A stretch of 45,349 bases of DNA, from the NCBI GenBank assembly GCA_019594025.1, contig JAFDUB010000002.1, positions 1 through 45,349 on the forward strand. Reading direction: 5' to 3'. Below, in pieces: positions 9,397-18,367 of the stretch; position 1 is the first letter of the stretch, and each line of letters begins with the position of its first letter. The DNA comes from Thermoplasmata archaeon. Lineage in GTDB: Archaea; Thermoplasmatota; Thermoplasmata; Halarchaeoplasmatales; Halarchaeoplasmataceae. The notes beneath the pieces were generated by a model that was not told where the DNA came from, did no database searches, and saw nothing but the letters and a program-made list of their open reading frames with translations. A program made the translations under genes and the position numbers.

Positions 9397-10233
9397 TTAA
9401 GTGGAAAGCTCTATGTGTACCCTGGCTCGTGTAACGGTAAGGTCCGTTACATCTGGAAAATCAATCTCTATGTTGTTACCATCTACTATAAGACCGTCGA
9501 GTTCTAAAGTATCGTTAAACCATGTCCCCCAGGCACCCGGGTACGCTGTAATCATTTCAAAACTTACGTCGGTAACATTGGAATATGTTCTCCTGGTAGA
9601 GCCCCACAGTTCCGTTGTAATACCGACTACACCGGAACCGCCTGCTGATTCTCGGCGGGATGAGCTAATATCTATCAAAGTAAGAGAGATTGAATACGCC
9701 CCATCATACTCATCTATACGTATATGTGGTGGAGCTCTTAGAACTGCACCCTGGGGTTGTTCAAGGATTATAGCACCGTGTTCGTAAGCGATCGTCTGCT
9801 CTTCGAAGTAGCGGTTAAGGACCTGTAAGGATACGTTACCTTGACCTTCGTAACTTCTTTGAGTAGCTCCATCAAAAAAGGTAACATCAAAGCCACCCCA
9901 CCTAGGAGTCGATCTGATAACCCCTGGTGTCTGACTCGCAAACATCGGTACCCCCTCTGAACCTAAACGCATGGTTGAATATAGAGGATAATCTGTATAA
10001 TCATTCATGATTAGATTATCTATGTTCCCTTTTAGATAAGAAAAATGCTGCATCGCCTCTTCCGAATGATATGCTTCGTTGTCCTCCATCCATACCGGAA
10101 CATACTGTTGGGTAATCAATGAAAGCAGGCTAAGGAACACCAACAATGCCATTATGGTACCAACGGTGGTAGCTACACCTTCATTTGATTCTTTTAGTGC
10201 ACTTCTTTTAGGTACTCGTTTCAATCTTTTCAT
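9397..10233 (-). CDS. Type IV pilin-like protein with class III signal peptide
   Basis: Basic leader, then ESNEG/VATTVGTIMALLVFLSLLSLI hydrophobic helix; last gene of the ATPase/platform operon, overlapping the ATPase stop. Confidence 0.75.
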   Translation of the reverse strand: MKRLKRVPKRSALKESNEGVATTVGTIMALLVFLSLLSLITQQYVPVWMEDNEAYHSEEAMQHFSYLKGNIDNLIMNDYTDYPLYSTMRLGSEGVPMFASQTPGVIRSTPRWGGFDVTFFDGATQRSYEGQGNVSLQVLNRYFEEQTIAYEHGAIILEQPQGAVLRAPPHIRIDEYDGAYSISLTLIDISSSRRESAGGSGVVGITTELWGSTRRTYSNVTDVSFEMITAYPGAWGTWFNDTLELDGLIVDGNNIEIDFPDVTDLTVTRARVHIELST

Positions 10234-11879
10234 CTAGAACCCTCCTCTTCCATAAATTCCCGAACCATATCCATTACGGATTTTTTGTCCCTATAGTAGG
10301 AAGCCGTTATATGGGCAAAGTCACGATAGTTCATGATGTCCTTTTTATCCATATAATCTAAAACCATCTTACGACGTTTAACTTCCTTCTCCATCTCACG
10401 GGAGGTCCAATTCTTTTCCTGTGCCACACGGCTGTAAACATAGCTGTGTCCGCTGTAATTAAAAGAATCATCAGCGGGATTCCATGTGTAGGCCTTATTG
10501 GTGATCAATTCATCAGTATCCGGATCTACCCCGACTACCTCTGTTATAGCTTTTATTCTCCTTACCATCTTGGTACCGACCTTGACTTTCCCCTGCAAAA
10601 GCACGATGTCCAAAGCACCTACCAATGCCCTAGGTAGATTGATTGGATCGTTTTCCATCCTATTTACCATGGTCTGAACATCGTCGGCGTGGAAAGTGGT
10701 GTAAGCACTTTTTCCTGTAGCCATCGCCTGGAAAACAACGTAGGCCTCGGCCCCTCTAACCTCTCCTACCATGAGATACTGAGGACGCTGACGCAGTGCG
10801 GCCTGAAGTAACTCAAACATGTCGATCTCGCCGGCCTTCTTACCAGTCTCATCGGTCTCACCGAAACCACTACGGGTCAACAACGGTACCCAATTGTCAT
10901 GGGGAAGGTTCAATTCACGTGTATCTTCAATACTCACTATTTTCATCTGAGGAGGTATGAACAACAATATCGCATTGAGCGTCGTCGTTTTACCTGATGC
11001 CGTACCCCCACATATCAACATCGATTGGCCGGTTTCGATGGCAATCCATGCATAGGCCATCATCTCTGGATTGAAGGTTTTAAAATCTATTAGGTTGATT
11101 GGTGTATAGGGCTCCTCCTCGAAACGTCTTATTGTGAAAGAAGAGCCTTTCTGAGTCACATGTGTACCAAGGGTTTCTTGAAGTCTGGAGCCGTCAGGCA
11201 TGGTAGCATCGAGCATCGGATCCGCTACGGATATGTGTTTACCGCTACGCTGGGCTATCCACACAACGAAATTATCCAGTTCTGATGCATCCTCAAAAAT
11301 CACGTTGGATTTCATGGAACCGTACTTACGGTGAAAAACGAATATAGGAATCCCTACGCCGTCGCAGGAGATATCTTCCGGGTCTAAATCGTTCATTATT
11401 ACATCGATTGGGCCGTAGCCGAGGAAATCTCTTTTTATGTAATACTGGATTCTGTTCTCAGAAACAGGTCGGAGTTTGATATCCATATCGTTTAATATAG
11501 TGCGAACCTTTTTTTCTAGATGATCCTCCCGCCCCTTATCACCTTCTATTTTTACCAACTCAAATTCATCGATTATGCGGTTTTTTACAGTTTCTAATAG
11601 TGCCTCTTCGTCCTCATCAAGATCTGGTTCGATGACCTCGTAAATGTACTCGTTGCTTTTATTATCATAGCGTATACGCACGTAGGAATAAGGTTTTTCA
11701 ATAGGTGTTATCTCTATTTCTTTGACACTCTCTTCGACTATCTTTGGGATGGTAGTTATCGAGTCGCTTTTTGAACCTTTCTTTCCACCGGCCGGCATAT
11801 AAACCCTTTTAGGCTTATCGGTAACCCCTATCATCTTGAGTTTCTCTTTTATCTTATCTCCTATAGCAGCCATGTTCAT
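10230..11879 (-). CDS. Type II/IV secretion system ATPase (archaeal PilB/FlaI-like), copy 2
   Basis: Walker A GGTASGKT, Asp box EDTRE, Walker B LMVGEVRG, EDISCDG, FTIRRF. Confidence 0.95.
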   Translation of the reverse strand: MNMAAIGDKIKEKLKMIGVTDKPKRVYMPAGGKKGSKSDSITTIPKIVEESVKEIEITPIEKPYSYVRIRYDNKSNEYIYEVIEPDLDEDEEALLETVKNRIIDEFELVKIEGDKGREDHLEKKVRTILNDMDIKLRPVSENRIQYYIKRDFLGYGPIDVIMNDLDPEDISCDGVGIPIFVFHRKYGSMKSNVIFEDASELDNFVVWIAQRSGKHISVADPMLDATMPDGSRLQETLGTHVTQKGSSFTIRRFEEEPYTPINLIDFKTFNPEMMAYAWIAIETGQSMLICGGTASGKTTTLNAILLFIPPQMKIVSIEDTRELNLPHDNWVPLLTRSGFGETDETGKKAGEIDMFELLQAALRQRPQYLMVGEVRGAEAYVVFQAMATGKSAYTTFHADDVQTMVNRMENDPINLPRALVGALDIVLLQGKVKVGTKMVRRIKAITEVVGVDPDTDELITNKAYTWNPADDSFNYSGHSYVYSRVAQEKNWTSREMEKEVKRRKMVLDYMDKKDIMNYRDFAHITASYYRDKKSVMDMVREFMEEEGSR

Positions 11880-12803
11880 TCACCTCATGAGGTTTAATCC
11901 TCCAAATAATATCCGAAGGGCGACAAAACCCATCAACGTTAGAATGAAACTGTGCTGCATACCGCTGGCTAGCTTACCTGTCTGTAACACCCCCGCAACA
12001 ATACCGTCACCTATGCCGTGGGCGAACACTGCAAGTACGAATATGAATTCGATGACAGGTATATTCTCTGTTCTTATTTCCGCTGCCCCTGCTCCCCCTA
12101 CGGGTGTATCGACATCATCGGTTTCCATGCCACCTCCGGCCTCTGCCATCTGTGCAAGAAATTGTGTGCTTAGGATGATAATAACGACGATAAAAACTGC
12201 GAAGGAGATGTAGATTACAGCGAGATAAGAAGTCATGGCAATCTTCTGTTCATCTTCAGATAGATGCACTTGTTTGGTATCCTGAGACACCATACTTAAA
12301 ACATCAGCCACGTTACCACCGGCATCGTTTGCTTTGATGATGATAGCTACAACCCTGTTCACAAGTGGTGTGTCGACCCGTTCCGAAAAGAGATTTAGAG
12401 CCTCAGCAGCGGGAACCCCCCAATCGATTTGTGCGGCCATTTTGTTGATCTCTGGTGTTAATTTACCGTATCTGCCCGATGCGGAAACCACTATAGCGTC
12501 TGCTAGTGTCATTCCGAACCTTCCGGCCTCCGCCACATCACGAAGGAAATCGGGCAAGCGCCTTTCGATCCTATCGATCTCCTTCTGTTTTTTATTTATA
12601 TAAAAACCGGTGGGGCCGAGGAAAAGTATCGATCCGATCATGGCCCAATCGATGGGGTCTAGAGGAATAGGTGCGGCATCTATGGCGTTCAGAACCATTA
12701 TAAAAAAAGCAGCGGCTGATATGACCGCGGAAAACATTATTACTTCCTTGGTCCTGCCGAGCTTCAACATTTTTTGTAATTGACTTTCTTCTTCGTATGG
12801 CAT
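11880..12803 (-). CDS. Type II secretion system F-domain platform protein (PilC/TadC-like)
   Basis: IERRLPDFLRDVAEAGRFGMTL, YGKLTPEI, AGGNVADVL and several TM helices. Confidence 0.9.
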   Translation of the reverse strand: MPYEEESQLQKMLKLGRTKEVIMFSAVISAAAFFIMVLNAIDAAPIPLDPIDWAMIGSILFLGPTGFYINKKQKEIDRIERRLPDFLRDVAEAGRFGMTLADAIVVSASGRYGKLTPEINKMAAQIDWGVPAAEALNLFSERVDTPLVNRVVAIIIKANDAGGNVADVLSMVSQDTKQVHLSEDEQKIAMTSYLAVIYISFAVFIVVIIILSTQFLAQMAEAGGGMETDDVDTPVGGAGAAEIRTENIPVIEFIFVLAVFAHGIGDGIVAGVLQTGKLASGMQHSFILTLMGFVALRILFGGLNLMR

Positions 12804-12810
12804 ATTTTCA

Positions 12811-13836
12811 CTAATCCTGGTTTATCAACCATATAATAAATATGAACCCTGCCTGGGCTCCGGGTATCATTATACCCACTATAGCGTAAAGGAAAGGTAT
12901 CGGATCTCCCGCGCCCATTCCCCCCATCAGGGCCATAATGGCCATTATGACCACAAGGAAAAGGGGAAATGCTACAACGACGGTTACAAAGGATTCCGCC
13001 ATCATACCCAGGGTTTCCATCTTCTGTTGGACTATAAGTTTACGGTTGTCCTGGTACTCCTTTAATTTAGATGTAAAGTATGGTTTCAATTTACCACCAG
13101 AACTTGAGGTGGTAATCACACCTTGTAAGAAGTCCCGGAAAGCTTCGGAAGGAGTTCTATCGGCGGCCCGTTGTAAGGCATTCAATATATCTATTCCCAA
13201 AAGTTCTGTATCCCTAGTTATCCATTCCGCTTCCTCCCTAACCTCTCCATAAAGAGGTTGTTTTGAAAGTTCTTTGAATATTAAATCAACATTTACATCC
13301 GCGGAAGACATGGCCGCGATAAAGCTCATGGCGTCGGGTAACTTTTTATCTATTTTTTTGGCACGTGAACTAGCTTTCATGTTCGGACTAAATTTCAAAC
13401 CGAAATAAGTACCGACCGGGGTAAGAACCGCCACAAGAATTCCCGATCCATAAAGGAATAATCCACCGCCAAGAAAGACGTCAAGGACCGGGCCTATAAA
13501 TATACCTGCGATTACCCCTACTACCATGGCAATGATCGTACTCATCCAAACATAGGATAAATACTCCTCTGACCTAATCTTCATATGGGCCTCCAGAAGG
13601 TCTTGTTCCAATTGTTCATCTTGTAGATTCTTACTCTTTACTATCGGACCCATTATATGCCAACAAAATTGTTTATAAGGAGATAAACGCAGGTACTCAG
13701 GCACCGCTGATTTGGGAAGTCTTACCAAATGAGGACCATAAGTTTCTATTCGATCACTTGGTTTAGCACGTTTTGTGGATATGAACTTATCTTTTTTGAA
13801 TCGTAATTTCTCAAAGGTATCCTCTATCTCAACCAT
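12811..13836 (-). CDS. Type II secretion system F-domain platform protein (PilC/TadC-like)
   Basis: IDKKLPDAMSFIAAMSSA, YGEVREEA, RTPSEAFRDFLQG, SGGKLKPY and TM helices. Confidence 0.9.
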   Translation of the reverse strand: MVEIEDTFEKLRFKKDKFISTKRAKPSDRIETYGPHLVRLPKSAVPEYLRLSPYKQFCWHIMGPIVKSKNLQDEQLEQDLLEAHMKIRSEEYLSYVWMSTIIAMVVGVIAGIFIGPVLDVFLGGGLFLYGSGILVAVLTPVGTYFGLKFSPNMKASSRAKKIDKKLPDAMSFIAAMSSADVNVDLIFKELSKQPLYGEVREEAEWITRDTELLGIDILNALQRAADRTPSEAFRDFLQGVITTSSSGGKLKPYFTSKLKEYQDNRKLIVQQKMETLGMMAESFVTVVVAFPLFLVVIMAIMALMGGMGAGDPIPFLYAIVGIMIPGAQAGFIFIIWLINQD

Positions 13837-15527
13837 CAGACCTCACCCCTTATAAGAGCTAGAGTCTCCTCTGGTTCTTTGTAATATGATGTCACTATTT
13901 TCGATATCTGTTTATAATCTATGTCCTCCTGTTCCACAAGATGCTCTACGATCTCAACTCTGTTGTTGAACTCGTTGTTCATCTCCTCCTGGGTCATGTT
14001 CTTCATTTCCATAATGATATCCTGATTGTAACTGTGTCCTTTATAAATGAAACTGTCGGATTTTCGGTCCCAATCGAAGACAGTATTTGTGACCAATTCG
14101 TCACTTTCTGGTTCAAACCCAACCAACTCGGTTATCTCCTGTATACGCCTTACCTCCTCGTCCTGTACCCTCGCAAAAGTCTGAATTATCACGAACGAAA
14201 GTGCAGTTAAAAGAACTCGGGGACAGCTGATAGGTGGATTTTCTAATCTGTGAACCATGGATTCAACTGAATCAGCGTGCATGGTACTGTAAGTGGTGTG
14301 ACCGGTTGCCATAGCCTGGAACATGGTATTTGCCTCTTTACCTCGCACCTCACCCACGATGATATAATCGGGCCGCTGTCTTAAAGCGTTTCTCACCAAA
14401 TCGTACATGTTGACCTCTCCAGCCGCCCTACCTCCACTCTTCTTCTCCCCACTACCGGTACGGGTAGTACTCGGTATCCAATTTTCGTGAGGGAGGTTTA
14501 TCTCACGAGTGTCTTCCAAAGAGACTATCTTTAAACCTGGTGGGATGAACAGCGTAGCTGCGTTAAGGGTTGCAGTCTTACCGCAAGCCGTACCCCCGGC
14601 AACAATCATAGACATACCGTTTTCAACCATAAGCCACATATAAGCAATCATCTCAGGAGAAGCTGTATTGTATTGTATCAGTTTTACAGGTGTAAATGGT
14701 TCTTCCTTGAATCGTCGTATAGTTATAGAGGAACCACGGGTGGATATCTCGTTGGCATAGGTGGCTTGTACCCTATGCCCCCCTCTTGTGGTTCCATCGA
14801 GGATTGGGTTAGAAACAGATACTTGTTTTCCACATCTCTGGCCTAGTTGAATTATAAAGGAGTTTAACACCTTTTCATCTTCGAATTTAACATCGGTTCT
14901 GATGGATTCGTATTTCGTGTGATAGATAAAAAGAGGTGTGTCCACACCATCACAGGATATATCCTCAACCATATCGTCACTCATGATTACATCTATAGGT
15001 CCGTATCTAACGTAATCTCTGAGTATGTAATATATCAAACGTTTTTTAGATTTCTCCTCGATATTCAAGCTTCTGCTTCGGATGTAACTCTCGACACACT
15101 CTTCGATATACTCTTCCTTATCTTTACGGGCCATATGTTCCCAATCGTAGGAGAGTGTGCGGTCAAGTGTGTCTTTGATTAGAGAAAGCCATCCTTCTTC
15201 CTTTGGGGTTAAACTCGGTTCGATCGCCTGATATATATACTCCTTTGTATTATCGTCATATATTATCCTAACATAACTGAAGGGGGGATGGATCTTAAAT
15301 ATGTCCTTCACCGTAATATTTTCGCGGTCTGTCTCTGGTAGCCGGGTATATTCGGATATCCATCCTCCAGAACCCGCTTTGACCCTGTCTCTGTTTTTAA
15401 AATCTTCTTTGGATAACGTAACCCTTCTTGGTTTATGAGAAAATCCCAAAGGAGACGTAACCAAATTTGAAAGTTTGGTTAAGATATTGCTCTTCTTTTT
15501 CGAAGTGGTTTTCCCTGTTTGAGCCAT
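13836..15527 (-). CDS. Type II/IV secretion system ATPase (archaeal PilB/FlaI-like), copy 1
   Basis: Walker A GGTACGKT, EDTRE, IIVGEVRG, His box GHTTYSTMH. Confidence 0.95.
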   Translation of the reverse strand: MAQTGKTTSKKKSNILTKLSNLVTSPLGFSHKPRRVTLSKEDFKNRDRVKAGSGGWISEYTRLPETDRENITVKDIFKIHPPFSYVRIIYDDNTKEYIYQAIEPSLTPKEEGWLSLIKDTLDRTLSYDWEHMARKDKEEYIEECVESYIRSRSLNIEEKSKKRLIYYILRDYVRYGPIDVIMSDDMVEDISCDGVDTPLFIYHTKYESIRTDVKFEDEKVLNSFIIQLGQRCGKQVSVSNPILDGTTRGGHRVQATYANEISTRGSSITIRRFKEEPFTPVKLIQYNTASPEMIAYMWLMVENGMSMIVAGGTACGKTATLNAATLFIPPGLKIVSLEDTREINLPHENWIPSTTRTGSGEKKSGGRAAGEVNMYDLVRNALRQRPDYIIVGEVRGKEANTMFQAMATGHTTYSTMHADSVESMVHRLENPPISCPRVLLTALSFVIIQTFARVQDEEVRRIQEITELVGFEPESDELVTNTVFDWDRKSDSFIYKGHSYNQDIIMEMKNMTQEEMNNEFNNRVEIVEHLVEQEDIDYKQISKIVTSYYKEPEETLALIRGEV

Positions 15528-15640
15528 ATAACATCACATACCTAGTATACCTAATTAACGTTTCTGTCGCTTACCTCGAAGAGGAGCGATGTTTGATTTT
15601 CACCTTTGAGAATGCATTAAATGCTATTTATAGGTGTTGG

Positions 15641-16201
15641 TTATTTTGCCTTTATCCAAGCTGACAACATCTTCTCACTATCGTCAGGCCCTCTCGCGTA
15701 TAATATATCCCCGGCACTTATAGTTGTTCCTTCGTCCGGACCGTATATCCAATCATTTCCTCTTCTTATAGCTATAACCCAAACACCGGTTTCTGTAGCG
15801 AGTTTAACATCACCTAGGGTCCTCCCATGAAGTGTCGAGCCGCTCTCGACTCTGTGCTTTAAAATAACTATGTCAGATTCATCCAAGCTCTTTCTAACAA
15901 CGGGATGGAGATCAATGTCTCGAAGCACTACATCCGCAATATCTAGAGCACCATCGGCGATCCTCTCAATGGAATCAGATATCCTCATGAGTATCAAACT
16001 TCTATCAAATGATTTATTGTCTTTGCAACCACCTAGTGCCGAGCGTATGAGGATCTCATGAAGTTTATCCACCCTGTCTTCAAGTTCGATAACTTCTTTT
16101 GCGATTTCTTTATTTTGATATATCAAGGCGGAGTATGCAAGGTCCAGCATAAGCTCTGACGTATTTTTCATCTCCAGAAGCACTCTATCCTCTTTGTTCA
16201 T
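15641..16201 (-). CDS. PhoU-domain + TrkA_C (RCK_C) protein
   Basis: MKNTSELMLDLAYSAL..EVIELEDRVD..ERIADGALDIA helical PhoU pattern, then GRTLGDVKL..TGVWVIAIRRG..GP..GDILYARG. Confidence 0.88.
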   Translation of the reverse strand: MNKEDRVLLEMKNTSELMLDLAYSALIYQNKEIAKEVIELEDRVDKLHEILIRSALGGCKDNKSFDRSLILMRISDSIERIADGALDIADVVLRDIDLHPVVRKSLDESDIVILKHRVESGSTLHGRTLGDVKLATETGVWVIAIRRGNDWIYGPDEGTTISAGDILYARGPDDSEKMLSAWIKAK

Positions 16202-16857
16202 CTTATCACCTCGGACCAGGACATCTCCGCGTGGGCGACCTCTCTTACCTCTCTGTAACCTGATTCAACACCTCTTACTATCATAAGATCATTTTGCAAC
16301 AAACGTGTGTTCGCGTCGGGACCGAATATCCATCTGTTTTTCCTCCTGACCGCTATCACTCGGATACCGGTATAGGATTCGAGCATTAGTTGGCCTATGG
16401 TTTTACCGGCCATTTCGGAACCGGAGTATATAGAGACGGTGTGTATCTTTTCGTCGGCTTCAGAGAGTATATGAGGTAAAATCGCCCTCAGGTCTAGGTC
16501 CATGTCCAGAAGTTTTACCATGTCTTCGGCGGCGTCCGATATCTTCTCAGTGGCCGACGCCACCTGAAGAATACCTGTCATCTGTTCTGCATCATCCATG
16601 GACCGTGCACCGAGCATGCATTTCAAACGAATCTGGTACATCATCTTGTCCATCTCAGATTCAAGATGCCTGACTTCTTCAGCCAGTTCTCTGTTCTCAA
16701 AGGCTGCAGCCGCATAGGCTAAGTCCGTTATCAACTCGGTGGTATCCTTCATTAGAGTAAGGAGTTCCCTCACCGATGTTTGTTCATAGGGGATCTCCCC
16801 ATGCTCTTCTTCTAATTCTTTCTCTAACCTTGCTCTTCTCAAACTATCACCAACCAA
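16198..16857 (-). CDS. PhoU-domain + TrkA_C (RCK_C) protein, paralog
   Basis: MKDTTELITDLAYAA..EKISDAAEDM, then GKTIGQLML..TGIRVIAVRRK..GP. Confidence 0.88.
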   Translation of the reverse strand: MVGDSLRRARLEKELEEEHGEIPYEQTSVRELLTLMKDTTELITDLAYAAAAFENRELAEEVRHLESEMDKMMYQIRLKCMLGARSMDDAEQMTGILQVASATEKISDAAEDMVKLLDMDLDLRAILPHILSEADEKIHTVSIYSGSEMAGKTIGQLMLESYTGIRVIAVRRKNRWIFGPDANTRLLQNDLMIVRGVESGYREVREVAHAEMSWSEVIR

Positions 16858-17390
16858 ATCATGAACACCAGCGCGACTATGCCTATGAAGTCACATGCGG
16901 TGGTCACTATAGGGATAACTATGTTATCCGGATCGAGATTAACTTTGTAAGAATATAAAGTAGTGAAGACGGTTATAAAGGTAATGGAAACCGTGGTTAT
17001 TGCACCGGCACCCAAAATAATATACAACAGCTGTAAGAAGGTGAGGCCTAAAGGAAGTGTGAGGCTTGACAATGAAACCCCCAGCGCAAGTCCGCCAAAT
17101 ACAAAAACACCCATTAGAAGGGTGATCAGTAAGTTATCTTTCACCTCGTCGTCAAACATATCCGATTCGATGTATCCGGTGTGTAAGCCTGAAGATAACC
17201 TGGCACCCAGCACCGCACCTAGATTACCACCAACACCGTTTAAAATAGGCACCAGGAATAAGAGTACGGGAAACAAGATCAGCTCTTCTTCGATTGATTC
17301 TAAGACATGACCGCCGGCTATACCTATGAAGGCCATCAAAGCCAAGAGTCCGGCACTTTCTTTGAATATGTTCTTCCAGTGATACCTCAT
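16839..17390 (-). CDS. MgtE/SLC41 integral membrane domain protein (divalent cation transporter half)
   Basis: VPILNGVGGNLGAVLGARLSSGLH and LDPDNIVIPIVTTACD motifs; about 5 TM helices. Confidence 0.88.
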   Translation of the reverse strand: MRYHWKNIFKESAGLLALMAFIGIAGGHVLESIEEELILFPVLLFLVPILNGVGGNLGAVLGARLSSGLHTGYIESDMFDDEVKDNLLITLLMGVFVFGGLALGVSLSSLTLPLGLTFLQLLYIILGAGAITTVSITFITVFTTLYSYKVNLDPDNIVIPIVTTACDFIGIVALVFMIWLVIV

Positions 17391-17950
17391 AATAACAAAC
17401 CTCCGAATAGCACCGCATATCCGAACATTATGATCAAAGTCGCTATATCCCCTACGGTGGTCAATACAGGTCCACTGATGTTGTCCGGGTCGATCTTAAA
17501 TTTGATGGAGAACCAGATTATGGCGAAGGTAACCAGTAGAAGGACTATAGCGGAGGTAACACCGGTCGTCACCGATATCAAAGCGATAACCACTAGGATC
17601 CTAAAAGTGATCGTAAAGGGTAAAAAAAGACTGGTCAGCAGAAGGAAAACCGGGAAAAGGACGGAAACGAATAGGCTTAGCGACATCGTCCCTTTGAAGT
17701 TTTCATAGGTAACGTCAGACGTTAGACCTCCATCCAAAAGACCGAGATGCATGGCGGAGCCCAAACGGGACCCTAGTGCGGAACATATATTCCCCCTCAT
17801 GTCGATTATGGCTGGAACTATGATTATAAGGCCCGGTATGAGTTCGAAGATCTCGGCCATACTTCCAAGAAAGTAACCGGCTAAACTTCCCCCTAACACA
17901 CAAAGAAATAGGACCGGGAGTGTTTCAACCAGTACTTTCTTTCGATTCAT
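17387..17950 (-). CDS. MgtE/SLC41 integral membrane domain protein, paralog
   Basis: VPAIIDMRGNICSALGSRLGSAMHLG and IDPDNISGPVLTTVGD motifs. Confidence 0.88.
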   Translation of the reverse strand: MNRKKVLVETLPVLFLCVLGGSLAGYFLGSMAEIFELIPGLIIIVPAIIDMRGNICSALGSRLGSAMHLGLLDGGLTSDVTYENFKGTMSLSLFVSVLFPVFLLLTSLFLPFTITFRILVVIALISVTTGVTSAIVLLLVTFAIIWFSIKFKIDPDNISGPVLTTVGDIATLIIMFGYAVLFGGLLL

Positions 17951-17988
17951 GAGCAAACATATAAAATAGTACTAAAAAAGTTTGTGGG

Positions 17989-18210
17989 CTAGTCCCACGA
18001 TAGTTGTCTAGCCTCTCTTTCGTCCTTGGTGCTTTTCTTGTACTCCTTCCAGTGTTTCTTACACAGGTAAGCGTTCGGTCCGTCGGCGTCTATATCCAAC
18101 CCTGCTTTTGTTGAGGCCTTTCCAGCGGGTACCGATTGTTTTTTCTTGCCGTCGCATCCCTTCACATCACACGTTTTCTTACGCCTCTTGCTTTTTCGCT
18201 CGTGCTTCAT
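17989..18210 (-). CDS. Small basic putative Zn-binding protein
   Basis: CDVKGC...LCKKH metal-ligand pattern; Lys/Arg-rich; fills the gap cleanly with an AT-rich promoter-like region upstream. Confidence 0.7.
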   Translation of the reverse strand: MKHERKSKRRKKTCDVKGCDGKKKQSVPAGKASTKAGLDIDADGPNAYLCKKHWKEYKKSTKDEREARQLSWD

Positions 18211-18367
18211 CTTTACAACCCATTTAGTAATACATGTAAATAATATATTATACTTTGCCCCGCCGATCTCTCTTGACTCACTGCAAAAATATTTATATCA
18301 GCGCCCCTAATGCCTGCCGCAAATCCATAGTATCAAACAGTATAATGTTCCAAGGAGGAACCACAAT

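Noticed and set aside
10230..15527. Archaellum operon
   Set aside because: No flaH, flaF/G or archaellin genes; the platform proteins are single-domain TadC-like rather than full-length FlaJ
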